Of a stretch of DNA of 32,000 nucleotides, positions 1 through 8,882 are shown piece by piece. The position numbers and the translations under genes were made by a program. The stretch is from positions 180,001 through 212,000 of the forward strand of contig NZ_CP013011.1 in the NCBI RefSeq assembly GCF_001412615.1. Reading direction: 5' to 3'. The notes beneath the pieces were generated by a model, which saw nothing but the letters and a program-made list of their open reading frames with translations, was not told the DNA's origin and made no database searches. Within the stretch, counting starts at the first letter, position 1, and each line of letters begins with the position of its first letter. The stretch is from Pyrodictium delaneyi (GTDB lineage: Archaea; Thermoproteota; Thermoprotei_A; Sulfolobales; Pyrodictiaceae).

Positions 1-10
1 TCTACTAGGC

Positions 11-1009
11 ATGCTAGGTGCACCTACCATAGGGCTTTCACCTGGGCCACAGAATGAGCCATGGCTAGCACTGTACCAGGATCAAGGCGTGATATTCGCA
101 ATGTATACTGCATCCATAATCACGTATATCGCATCGACACCTAATGGTGGAGAATGGCAACAGACAGCTGTGACGCTGTATCCTCGTGGATTCCCGGCAA
201 TACTTGAATGGAATAGTAGCTTAAGAGTAGTCTATATACCGGATAGCCACGTTTTCAATAACATGGTACTAGGGGCGGCTAATGAGACGGGGCTGGGTAA
301 CGCGGAGCTAGCAGTAACGCTTGTCGAGAAGCTAGGCGGCAACAATGCTATCGTTCTTATGCCTTTAGGTTTCTATCAACTCGTAAACCCTAGCATCCCC
401 CTCTTAGCCTACATACACCCTGGCATGCTTATTCTCCGGGCTGTAGAGAGGTTATCCGGCTTCGAGGCTATGGTAATCGAGTCAATGATGATGAATCCGC
501 TTGCAGCAACAGTGCTGGTTATAGGAGTAATGTCTGTGCTCTACATGGCTTTTGCACAGATGACAGGTAAAGACTGGGTTGAGGAAAGGCCTCCACAGCA
601 GCCCGAACCGTCCCGGGTACTCGGTGCCTCCCCCGTGCTTGAGAAGCTACAGAAAGGCGTAAAGCTTACACGGGAGGAGGCTCGTCAAGCGCTTGCAACT
701 CTCTACGAAGTGGTTGACGAGGCTCTACGGCTACGGCTCGGTGCTGGGTTGAGAGAGGTGCTTGAGAACCCTGGGCTCCTCGAGAGCGTAACACGTGGAG
801 CCGGGATAGACTATGAACGGGTTCTCGAGGGGCTCAAGGAGCTGTACCGGCTCTACGATGTTAAGATTAGAGCTAGACGGCTCTTTCCGCTCGTATTTTC
901 CTGGAGGCGTAGGCTATACTACGTGCTTGAGCGTGTAGAGCCTCTACTCGAAACTATGGGCGTAGGGCTAGCGGAGGTAAGGAGTATTGAGTACAGCTTC
1001 ACCCGTTAG
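11..1009 (+). CDS. Membrane protein of unknown function, possibly 5'-partial. First gene of the MoxR/DUF58 cluster. It has TM helices followed by a helical cytoplasmic tail, a DUF4129-like architecture (tentative).
   Basis: The frame is open back to base 2 (cta cta ggc ATG), so the true start may lie upstream of the window. Hydrophobic segments include [17 protein letters not shown] and [23 protein letters not shown], followed by a charged helical tail ([25 protein letters not shown]...). The stop overlaps the next gene's start by 23 nt. Confidence 0.6.
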   Translation: MLGAPTIGLSPGPQNEPWLALYQDQGVIFAMYTASIITYIASTPNGGEWQQTAVTLYPRGFPAILEWNSSLRVVYIPDSHVFNNMVLGAANETGLGNAELAVTLVEKLGGNNAIVLMPLGFYQLVNPSIPLLAYIHPGMLILRAVERLSGFEAMVIESMMMNPLAATVLVIGVMSVLYMAFAQMTGKDWVEERPPQQPEPSRVLGASPVLEKLQKGVKLTREEARQALATLYEVVDEALRLRLGAGLREVLENPGLLESVTRGAGIDYERVLEGLKELYRLYDVKIRARRLFPLVFSWRRRLYYVLERVEPLLETMGVGLAEVRSIEYSFTR

Positions 1010-1940
1010 TACAATAGCTAGGCTAGCCGAGAGGGTTACCAGCGAGGTATCAAAAGTAGTCTATGGGTTAGAGGAGGAGCTACGCATAATTCTCGCAGCT
1101 CTGCTGGCTGGAGGACATGTGCTCCTGGAGGGTGTCCCAGGTGTCGCGAAAACAACACTAGCCAAGGCGCTCGCTTCCAGCATGAAGCTGGAGTTCAAAA
1201 GGATACAGTTCACTCCTGATCTCCTTCCTAGCGACATAATCGGCACGATGGTCTATGACCAGAGGAGTGGCGAGTTTCGGCTCCGCCGCGGCCCCGTGTT
1301 CACCAATATACTCCTTGCAGACGAGATCAACCGCGCCTCGCCTAGAACCCAGAGTGCATTGCTGGAAGCGATGCAGGAGCGGCAGGTAACCATAGAAGGG
1401 CAGACCCTCAGTCTCCCCGAGCCGTTCCTCGTCATAGCCACCCAGAACCCGATAGAGCTTGAGGGCACATTTCCTCTACCCGAGGCGCAGATAGACAGGT
1501 TCCTCGTCAAAGTAGTCATCCCGATGCCTGGCAGAGAAGTCCTGCGAAGGATACTCCGCGGCCTCGAGACTATCGAGAGCTGGCCGGTCGAGCCAGTAGC
1601 AAGCAGGGAAGACGTAGTAGAAGCCCGAAAGGCCATATGGAGCGTAGAGGTCAGTGATCCGGTCCTAGACTACATCATAGACCTAGTAGAGGAGACCCAT
1701 CGCCATCCCGACGTGAGACTCGGCGCAGGCCCTCGAGCAGCCATTGCACTACAGCAGGTGGCGCGTGCCCTTGCAGCCATGGAGGGCCGGAGCTACGTTA
1801 TACCCGATGATGTGAAGACTGCAGCGCGTTACGTGCTAGTACACAGGATTATACTCAAGCCCGAAGCCGAGGCCGAGGGACGCCGTCCTGAAGATGTATT
1901 GGACACAATACTATCCAAGGTGCCGGTTCCCGTTCCCTAG
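987..1940 (+). CDS. moxR: MoxR-family AAA+ ATPase
   Basis: Walker A is [11 protein letters not shown] and Walker B is [19 protein letters not shown] and the [13 protein letters not shown] signature are typical of MoxR/RavA-type AAA+ proteins. TTG start at 987, preceded by GGAGG at 973-977. Confidence 0.9.
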   Translation: MSTASPVSTIARLAERVTSEVSKVVYGLEEELRIILAALLAGGHVLLEGVPGVAKTTLAKALASSMKLEFKRIQFTPDLLPSDIIGTMVYDQRSGEFRLRRGPVFTNILLADEINRASPRTQSALLEAMQERQVTIEGQTLSLPEPFLVIATQNPIELEGTFPLPEAQIDRFLVKVVIPMPGREVLRRILRGLETIESWPVEPVASREDVVEARKAIWSVEVSDPVLDYIIDLVEETHRHPDVRLGAGPRAAIALQQVARALAAMEGRSYVIPDDVKTAARYVLVHRIILKPEAEAEGRRPEDVLDTILSKVPVPVP

Positions 1941-1993
1941 TCAAGCCTGCATAGATACCTTATAGGTTCTATAATCTGGGGGCGGCAAGGGTA

Positions 1994-3397
1994 TTGATCG
2001 ACTCGGGTATATTTGAGCGAATTAGCGAGTTTATAGCACCGCTTACTCCTCGTGGTCACGCTGTTCTCTTCCTCTCTGCGAGCCTGCTAGCAGCCGGGCT
2101 ACTTGCAGGCTCCGATGCCGCCCCCAAGCTCTTGGCGGCAGGTGTAGCCCTCTTCCTCCTCATCGTCGTTGAGCACGAGATCTTCCTAGCCAGAGCTGCA
2201 GCTCTCTCGAGAGTGAAAGTCCGTTGGGCCATAGAACACCCGCTAGTAGAAGGCCGACGTGCAACTGTGAAGATAATCCTAGAGAACCCCGGGCTTATCC
2301 CCATAGAGCACCTAGAGGTCTACGATACGCCTCCTCGGCTCTTCCGCTGGGACGAGTCCAGTCCTCCAAGAGCTGTCGTCGTTCTCCCCGCCCTCGGCGC
2401 AACTGAGGTAAGTTATAGCGTCATACCAGTCGTGGGTAAGCATGAATGGGTTGGCCCTCTCCGCTTGATTGTGGAAGACTTGTTTGGCTTCTTTCGCGCC
2501 GAGAGGCTAATTGAGACTGGGCTTCCCATTGTGAATGTCCAACCTCGTACTCTGGATGTACCTGGCCGCCGTTCCGCACTACCCACGGTTCTTCAACCCG
2601 GAGGCGTAACTCGGCTCCGACGCCGTGGCATAGGCACAGAGTTTATGGAGCTGCGGGAGTACAGCCCTGACGACGACATAAGGCTTGTGGATTGGAAAGC
2701 ATCAGCCCGGACCGGCAAGCTCATGGTGAAGGTGTTTGAGCAAGAGTCAGTACTCCGCGTAGCAATAGTACTTGACGCTCTCCCCACGATGTTCCGTGGC
2801 GTGTTGGGTGAGACTAAGATAGAATATGCGGCTCGGTTAGTAGCATCGCTATCAGAGTACCTGGCGAGACGTGGTGACACTTTCCGTATTTACCTTGTGG
2901 ATCCTCAAGGAACTGTCTATGCGTCTCCCTGGCTTCACGGCCGTGCCAGTGGCTCTGCTGCGCGCAGATTCGTAGCAGAGAAGCTCGCCTGGCCCCAAGC
3001 CGATGAAGCTACACAGCCGCCCCAGGCCCGTGCTGAGGCCATAGCCTCTGTTCTCTTAAGGACGCTGCCACGGGGCAAAACGATAGTCTTCCTGATAAGC
3101 GACTTCGGTGAAGAGGAGGAGACAGCAGTCATCTACGCCTCCGCACTTGCCCGCCTCCAAGCACTGCGCCACGAGGTCTACGCAGTCTCGCCCCTCACAA
3201 CCCTGTTCGAAGCCAGCGCCCTTCGAGGCACAGCGGCAGCTGTATACAGACTGCTAGCCTACGAGAAGATAAAGACGTATACGGGTATATTCCGCGAGCT
3301 GCGCCGCCACGGTGTACACGTAGCAGCTGCAGGGCCCAGTGACTTGCTCACAATCTTGCTAGAGAGGCTCGAGAGGATGAGGGGTGTGACTGCTTGA
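1994..3397 (+). CDS. DUF58 domain protein (vWA-like partner of MoxR) with N-terminal TM helices
   Basis: DUF58 hallmark YSPDDDIRLVDWKASARTGKLMVKVFEQE, followed by a vWA-like strand VAIVLDALPTM. The N-terminus is hydrophobic (AVLFLSASLLAAGLLAG, LLAAGVALFLLIVV). TTG start at 1994. Confidence 0.85.
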   Translation: MIDSGIFERISEFIAPLTPRGHAVLFLSASLLAAGLLAGSDAAPKLLAAGVALFLLIVVEHEIFLARAAALSRVKVRWAIEHPLVEGRRATVKIILENPGLIPIEHLEVYDTPPRLFRWDESSPPRAVVVLPALGATEVSYSVIPVVGKHEWVGPLRLIVEDLFGFFRAERLIETGLPIVNVQPRTLDVPGRRSALPTVLQPGGVTRLRRRGIGTEFMELREYSPDDDIRLVDWKASARTGKLMVKVFEQESVLRVAIVLDALPTMFRGVLGETKIEYAARLVASLSEYLARRGDTFRIYLVDPQGTVYASPWLHGRASGSAARRFVAEKLAWPQADEATQPPQARAEAIASVLLRTLPRGKTIVFLISDFGEEEETAVIYASALARLQALRHEVYAVSPLTTLFEASALRGTAAAVYRLLAYEKIKTYTGIFRELRRHGVHVAAAGPSDLLTILLERLERMRGVTA

Positions 3398-4632
3398 GAA
3401 TCTCCACAGTGCTGGTACTGTACAACATCACGCGGATACTATCAGCGGCGGCTGCGTCAGCAGCTGCCTACCTAGCGTACATACGTATAGCAGGCTACCT
3501 AGGCAATTACCTCTACAGCGTGACGGGTGCACATCCCGCCATAGCAGCTGTGACGGGCTCGATACACGTGATAGCAGTACTGGCCACAGCTGCGCTCGTG
3601 ATGATGGGCCAAGCCTACATTGCTTACATACTGCTCGGTCTTGGCGCAGGTATAGCAGCTCTAATAGGGCTAGATCCCTGGAGCATACTAGTCCTAGTTG
3701 TAGCCTCCACCATGCTCTACACCGCGTCGCTACGCTACGAGACAGAAGCCTATGGCGCGGCTAGGCGGAGGGTATTTTGCAGCGGTGGCTGCACCGTAGC
3801 AACCATAGCAGTGGTTATAGCCAGCTACGCGGTACTCGCAGCAGCCGTCTACTACGGCTCGCTGCTAGTCGCGCAGCTCTACCGGTTCCTCCTCGAACCC
3901 CCCGAGGCACTGCCGGAACAGCTAGCCAAGGTCTGGGAGGCCGCCGGGCAAATGCTCTCGGTAAGGCTCGCAATACTGGCAGTTACGGCATACGTGTTCT
4001 ACTATGCTGCCTCCCGGATAGCGGGTCCACTAGTCTACGCACTCGCTGCTAGCCCCGAAGAGCTAGCCCGTAGGGCCAGAGAACTGCTAGAGAGGGAGGC
4101 CACAGAGGTTAGAGAGATGAATAAGTGGTATCATCGCATGCTCCGCTCAAGCCTAGCACTAATCGGCACCATACCAGCAGCCATCGCCGGCTACGTAGTC
4201 GTAGAGACTGTCTCGTCTCTGGCTGGCGGAACCCTGATACCAGGAGCCCCATGGTGGGCTGACTTCCTAGCACGGCTTGTACTAGTTTCGGCTGCTTCAA
4301 TGCTTGGATACCGGGTTGCTCGCCGCTTGATAGAATCGATGGCCTTCGCTAGGATAAATTGGAGACAATTAGCAATAGCTTCTGTGACGGCCTTAGTCCT
4401 CTGGATGATAGTATACCCTGTATTAGTTCTAGCTCTCCGAGGAGTCCCTATAACCGACGCTGCTCGTGTATCGATCGGTAATGCAGTTAATATATTGAGG
4501 GGGCAAGAGCCGTTGATACCAGATAGCAGCGAGCTGGTAAGCCTTACAACAAGGCTGGAAGAGATGCTTAGCCGGGGCTACCAGCAAGCCGAGTACATAC
4601 TAAGGTTCATCGTAACCCTACTCTGGGGGTGA
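3394..4632 (+). CDS. Polytopic integral membrane protein, no recognised domain
   Basis: 412-aa ORF whose TTG start overlaps the DUF58 stop (cTTGA). It has many hydrophobic helices interrupted by a charged helix, PEELARRARELLEREATEVREMNKWYHR. It is co-directional with moxR and DUF58. Confidence 0.7.
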   Translation: MRISTVLVLYNITRILSAAAASAAAYLAYIRIAGYLGNYLYSVTGAHPAIAAVTGSIHVIAVLATAALVMMGQAYIAYILLGLGAGIAALIGLDPWSILVLVVASTMLYTASLRYETEAYGAARRRVFCSGGCTVATIAVVIASYAVLAAAVYYGSLLVAQLYRFLLEPPEALPEQLAKVWEAAGQMLSVRLAILAVTAYVFYYAASRIAGPLVYALAASPEELARRARELLEREATEVREMNKWYHRMLRSSLALIGTIPAAIAGYVVVETVSSLAGGTLIPGAPWWADFLARLVLVSAASMLGYRVARRLIESMAFARINWRQLAIASVTALVLWMIVYPVLVLALRGVPITDAARVSIGNAVNILRGQEPLIPDSSELVSLTTRLEEMLSRGYQQAEYILRFIVTLLWG

Positions 4633-4644
4633 AGGGAGTAGGCC

Positions 4645-4905
4645 ATGCCTCGTGGAGGATTCTCGGCCGCTCTAGAACTCCTACGCTCGCTAGTCTCGCT
4701 GGTAGCGGGTACTGCGATGGCATACCTGGGCTACCGATTCTTCCTTTACAGTATAGGCTACCTGGCAGCAGAGCCACCCAAGGTTACTGCCGGGCTTATG
4801 GCGGGGTTAGCAGGGTTTACTTTCACGGCGGCAGCTGTTACATTACTACGTGACTGGATAATAGTGGAACGTATAAAGCAGGGCGGGAAGCTGTCTAGCA
4901 GCTAG
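4645..4905 (+). CDS. Small two-TM membrane protein, unknown function
   Basis: 86-aa ORF with ATG at 4645, 12 nt after the previous stop, and GGGAG upstream. Two hydrophobic stretches: LVSLVAGTAMAYLGYRFFLYSIGYL and GLMAGLAGFTFTAAAVTLL. Confidence 0.55.
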   Translation: MPRGGFSAALELLRSLVSLVAGTAMAYLGYRFFLYSIGYLAAEPPKVTAGLMAGLAGFTFTAAAVTLLRDWIIVERIKQGGKLSSS

Positions 4906-6293
4906 TCATCATCTACTGCTGGATGGTCTATGGTAGTGTTCGAGGCGTTGTAGACACTATACATGTCTTCTATGCTTTCAAGAACCTTCTCTGCTAGCTC
5001 ATCTATGCTGTGCCGGAGTTCTGGAAGCGTTTCTAGGAGGTTATGGACATCTATATGCATACGTGCTAATGATATAAAGCCTTTAGCCATAATGCGCGGC
5101 CACCAAGGCTCGTCAACCGGCTCTAGACTACAGTTGAAGCTCCTATGCCTATGTCGAGGAGGGTCGATTATCTCTACTATGAGTGGAAGCCTGACTTCGA
5201 CACCTCTGCTCGAATTATACACAAGCTGTAGTTCTAGTACGGCAGTGGCTCCTACAGGTATTGACGCTGCTAAGTGTACTCTTAGATCGCTATAGCCAGG
5301 CATCTGTTGTATGGGCAGAAAACTAGTGCTGCCGTCGATTACAGAGCCTAGTGTGATGTTTATCGGCGTCGAAGCATACGCGGTAGCGTTGGTTAGGTAG
5401 AGCGTTACGTTAACGGCATAAGCTGTTGATAAACTCGTTAATACCAGTCTAGCAGTATAAGGAACGCCAACTAGGTTCTCGCCAGCTACTATAGTCCCGG
5501 CGAACGAGGGGAAGGCGGGCTTAGCCTCTAGAAAGGCACTATCTATCCAGAACTCAAAGTAGGAGTCGCCACCGCCACGTCCTACACCAAAGTGATAGAC
5601 ATCGAACAATACTACGAAGTAGTATTCAACGCCGGGCTCGATACCGGTGGGGTCGAGTGTATACCTAAACACAAGAGTAGTACCGTTCCAGGTAGCAGCA
5701 TCTATTATGCCTGTATCATTAGACGCTATGAAGATACCATTCACGGGATCATATATGCCTACAGCCAATATGTATAGATCAGTGTAAAAGAGAGCTGACC
5801 CAAGCTGATACACATCAACTCTCCACGTGACGTTGCCTACTATCGAGCCAGGTTTGCTGGGAAAGACTATTGGCTGTATGAGCGCGAAGGCGTCAGATGA
5901 GTATGCACCGGGCATTGTGCCATTGACTACTATGAACCCGTTACCAGCTACAGTAGCCCAGAACGCATTATTTAGATACATCCCCGGGCTGAAGTACCAG
6001 TAGTCTGGCCCGGTATCGAACCCAGGGTTTCTCGTAAGCAGAATATAGTCATCTACTGCCTTGACGGTGATGAATGCCGAACTCTGGTTTAGCCCGAGAG
6101 TGACATTCACGCTAGGAGTAGACGGGTCCTCTAGGGCTAGGTAGGGCCCCCCATAGGATGCTTCAAGACTACCAGGCATGAATGTGAATACAGCTGCTTT
6201 TGCAGCAAGCTGAGTAGCGGCTAGCACTATAGCAGCGGCTACGACGTATAGTATAGGCCTTGTTGGAGTTAGATTTCTAGGCATTGTCTCCAT
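4902..6293 (-). CDS. Secreted or membrane-anchored protein rich in N-glycosylation sequons, unknown function
   Basis: N-terminal signal/anchor RPILYVVAAAIVLAATQLAAKAAVF. About 14 N-x-S/T sequons (NLT, NVT, NQS, NGT, NDT, NAT, NIT, NSS, NCS, NAS, NTT...). I placed the start at ATG 6293 (METMPRN). The ORF is open to a GTG at 6347, so the start is uncertain. Confidence 0.65.
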   Translation of the reverse strand: METMPRNLTPTRPILYVVAAAIVLAATQLAAKAAVFTFMPGSLEASYGGPYLALEDPSTPSVNVTLGLNQSSAFITVKAVDDYILLTRNPGFDTGPDYWYFSPGMYLNNAFWATVAGNGFIVVNGTMPGAYSSDAFALIQPIVFPSKPGSIVGNVTWRVDVYQLGSALFYTDLYILAVGIYDPVNGIFIASNDTGIIDAATWNGTTLVFRYTLDPTGIEPGVEYYFVVLFDVYHFGVGRGGGDSYFEFWIDSAFLEAKPAFPSFAGTIVAGENLVGVPYTARLVLTSLSTAYAVNVTLYLTNATAYASTPINITLGSVIDGSTSFLPIQQMPGYSDLRVHLAASIPVGATAVLELQLVYNSSRGVEVRLPLIVEIIDPPRHRHRSFNCSLEPVDEPWWPRIMAKGFISLARMHIDVHNLLETLPELRHSIDELAEKVLESIEDMYSVYNASNTTIDHPAVDDD

Positions 6294-6528
6294 CCCGTTG
6301 CAATGGACATGGCCCTGCCTATGTTGGGCTTCCCCAGGCGTTAGCACAGCTGAGAGCAGTCATGGTTATAGAGGAAGGCTTTACACCGTGCTCGTAGAAG
6401 CCCTAGGTACATGGTTATGCTAATAAGGCTTGCTATGCTTGTAAGGCCTCAATACTGCCCACGAAATAAGGATAGAACCTGGAAAGGCAGAAGGAGGGTT
6501 AAACCTAGCCTCCTCGCGCAGAACAATG

Positions 6529-7308
6529 TTATACCCAGCGCTTCTTACGACGATACCACTTAGCCCGCCGGTAGCTGCCTGCTTCCGCGCCACGCATGCC
6601 GAGGTAGAACTCTTTCACGTCCTTATCCTCGCGTAGCTTCTCAGCTGGCCCCTCTAGCACTATCTTCCCGTTTTCGATTATGTAGCCGTGGTCGGCAATC
6701 TCGAGGGCCTTCCGCGCATTCTGCTCTGCTAGGAGTATCGTCATACCTTCCTCCTCGTGGAGCCTCCTTATAGAGTCGTAGACCTCCGAGACTATCTTGG
6801 GTGCAAGGCCTAGGCTAGGCTCGTCGAGCAGGAGGAGCCTCGGCCGGGCGAGCAGCGCGAGCCCTATAGCGAGCATCTGTTGCTCTCCACCGCTGAGGTA
6901 ACCCACCCGTGTGTTCCGGCGGGCCCTGAGCTTGGGGAAGTACTTGTAAACCAGGTCTGGGTCAGGGTTCTTGCCCCTCCATGCATAGGCTACTGCCTCG
7001 ATGTTCTCCTCCACGGTGAGCTCCTTGAAGACGCGGCGACCCTCAACCACATAGACTATGCCCCGCCGGGACACGTCCTCGGGGTCACTGTTCTCGATGC
7101 GCTCACCCATGTAGCTGATATAGCCCTTAGTAACCCGGCCACGGTCAAGCTTGATGAGGCCGGAGACAGCCTTGAGTAGTGTGGTCTTCCCTGCCCCGTT
7201 AGGCCCGAGGACTGCTACGACGCTCTTCTCGGGCACCTGGATGCTAATGCCCTTCAGCACCAGTATATAGGGGTGGTATACTACCTCTATGTTGTTGACC
7301 TCGAGCAT
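6529..7308 (-). CDS. livF: HAAT-family (LivF-type) ABC transporter ATP-binding protein
   Basis: Walker A GPNGAGKTT, signature LSGGEQQM, Walker B LLLDEPSLGLAP. I chose the start at ATG 7308 (MLEVNNIEVVY), because the 27-codon upstream extension looks non-coding. It carries a basic C-terminal tail, YRRAKWYRRKKRWV. Confidence 0.85.
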   Translation of the reverse strand: MLEVNNIEVVYHPYILVLKGISIQVPEKSVVAVLGPNGAGKTTLLKAVSGLIKLDRGRVTKGYISYMGERIENSDPEDVSRRGIVYVVEGRRVFKELTVEENIEAVAYAWRGKNPDPDLVYKYFPKLRARRNTRVGYLSGGEQQMLAIGLALLARPRLLLLDEPSLGLAPKIVSEVYDSIRRLHEEEGMTILLAEQNARKALEIADHGYIIENGKIVLEGPAEKLREDKDVKEFYLGMRGAEAGSYRRAKWYRRKKRWV

Positions 7309-7439
7309 AGCTGGCACAGCTGCCGCCCTCCACCATGGAGTGGAGCTACAGGATACACGGTCTAACGGTTGTGGGCCATATGGCCCCATGTGTGAAAAAC
7401 AGCATTGTTCATTATGTGAGCCGGGTTAGGGTTCTATGG

Positions 7440-8783
7440 CTAGCCCTGGGTCGCAGCTACGCAGTCGAACCCCTCAGGCGATACTGGGCCTTCGAAGTGG
7501 AACTTGCCATCCTCGCCATAGACCACTATGTAGACGCTTGTGAAGGGCAGGTGCTTGCCTGGACAGAACCTCATTGGTGGCGTTATGTCGCCTAGCTGTA
7601 TCGGGTCGCCCTGGCAGCTGCTCTCAAGGGCCTCCTTTAGCGCCTCACCCTTCTTCTCCATGAGTTCTGTTGAAGTTGTCCTCTCTATGGCCTTTACTAG
7701 CAGCCAGACATTCATGAAGCCCTGCATGAACCGCAGGTTTACCTTGTCTTCACTTATCCCCATCATCTTAGCGGCTTCGTAGACCTCCTTGTAGCCAGGC
7801 TTGTCCTTAGCGTATTCTGGCCATATCCATGGGGATACACCAGCTACTTTGCCTTCGACACCGCTTCCCGCCATCTGTGGGAACCGCTCGTCGAAGCCCC
7901 AGACATTGGATACCTGAACTGCTTCTAGTCCGTACTTGACTAGAGCCTTCGCGGCTAGACTACAGCTGTGTATGGTATTTCCACACCATAGGAAGTCGGG
8001 TTTGCTCCCCATAGCTTGCTGTATAGCCCTCTCGGCGTCGGCGCCGGTAGCTTTTAGCGGAAGATCCACGTCAGCCACTATCTCAACACCGGCCTCGGGA
8101 GCATAGGCCTTTATGGCTGGTATCGGGCTCTTGCTGTAGGCCACCTTGTGGTCGTATAGCAGGGCTAGTCTAGCATCCTGCTTCTTCTCTGCCATCCACT
8201 TTACAGCGGCGCATGCCTGGGTGCTGTAGTCTGGTGCTGGGAAGAAGTTGAAGGGCTTACCTACCAGCTTGGCAGAGTAGCTTGCCGATATGTATAGCAC
8301 CTTGTCCTTGGCTACTTGGTCTGCGAGCTTCTCTGTGTCCGCGGTGCCCCAGCCCACTATGGCTACTACGCCATAGCGGTCACGGAACTCACGGTAGAAC
8401 TCCACGGCCTTGCTCGGGTTGTAGGCGTAGTCGCGTTTCACGTACTCGAAGCGCACACGTACGCCATCCTTAGTGTAGACACCCTTCTCGTTGAAGTACT
8501 TGAAGGCAGCCTCGGCGCCACGGGCGTAGTCACGGCCCACATCGCTTGTAGGGCCGCTCTCGTCTACCAGTAGGCCCACTTTCAGCACTATCTCCCTCCT
8601 GCCCGCCGCCCCCGTCTCAGTGGCGGTCTCAGCCGGCGTAGCCGGCGTAGAGGGAGCTGGGCTAGTTGTCCCGGGCGGTGTCTCTGCCGGCTTCGTCTTC
8701 TCACCACCCATTACGAGGGCTGCAGCTGCTACGAGTGCGATTACTACGATTACTCCGGCTATTAGGGCTGCACGGGAAGCCAT
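7440..8783 (-). CDS. livK: HAAT-family (LivK-type) periplasmic-binding-fold substrate-binding protein, membrane-anchored
   Basis: N-terminal TM (ALIAGVIVVIALVAAAALV), then a Thr/Pro-rich linker (PAETPPGTTSPAPSTPATPAETATE), then a type-I PBP-like body. ATG at 8783 is preceded by GGAGGTGG with a 7-nt spacer. Confidence 0.8.
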   Translation of the reverse strand: MASRAALIAGVIVVIALVAAAALVMGGEKTKPAETPPGTTSPAPSTPATPAETATETGAAGRREIVLKVGLLVDESGPTSDVGRDYARGAEAAFKYFNEKGVYTKDGVRVRFEYVKRDYAYNPSKAVEFYREFRDRYGVVAIVGWGTADTEKLADQVAKDKVLYISASYSAKLVGKPFNFFPAPDYSTQACAAVKWMAEKKQDARLALLYDHKVAYSKSPIPAIKAYAPEAGVEIVADVDLPLKATGADAERAIQQAMGSKPDFLWCGNTIHSCSLAAKALVKYGLEAVQVSNVWGFDERFPQMAGSGVEGKVAGVSPWIWPEYAKDKPGYKEVYEAAKMMGISEDKVNLRFMQGFMNVWLLVKAIERTTSTELMEKKGEALKEALESSCQGDPIQLGDITPPMRFCPGKHLPFTSVYIVVYGEDGKFHFEGPVSPEGFDCVAATQG

Positions 8784-8790
8784 ACTTATC

Positions 8791-8798
8791 CCACCTCC
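8791..8798 (-). promoter_or_regulatory. Shine-Dalgarno-like site for the binding-protein gene
   Basis: The plus strand reads CCACCTCC, so the minus strand reads GGAGGTGG, 7 nt upstream of ATG 8783. Confidence 0.5.
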
Positions 8799-8882
8799 GC
8801 TACACACCCGAACCATAATAGCTCTAGACTTAAGCTTTTCTGAAACAACAAATTATGTAGCACTAAAAACGCACGTTTTAAA

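Noticed and set aside
1061-3132. Several 60-127-aa ORFs antisense to, or out of frame with, moxR and DUF58 (1061-1246, 1253-1636, 2056-2304, 2224-2406, 2593-2880, 2935-3132)
   Set aside because: They lie entirely inside well-supported genes, are Ser/Arg/Pro-rich as expected for shadow frames in GC-rich coding DNA, and have no motifs.
4629-4853. 74-aa ORF overlapping the 86-aa membrane-protein ORF in another frame
   Set aside because: The 4645-4905 frame yields two clean TM helices and has a GGGAG upstream. The 4629 frame gives Gly/Arg/Ser-rich sequence without structure.
6492-6514. Hairpin AGGAGG-N11-CCTCCT just downstream of the livF stop, as a terminator
   Set aside because: It is only a 6-bp stem with a large loop. 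Archaeal termination relies mainly on T-tracts, so I did not list it as a feature.
7309-7389. N-terminal extensions in the ORF track for livF (to 7389), the ABC-2 ATPase (to 27415), oppB (to 22289) and the binding protein (to 8816)
   Set aside because: The canonical family N-termini begin at internal ATGs (MLEVNN.., MKNYVV.., MGLLRY.., MASRAAL.. with an SD). The extensions are Pro/Gly/Arg/Cys-rich and run into promoter regions.
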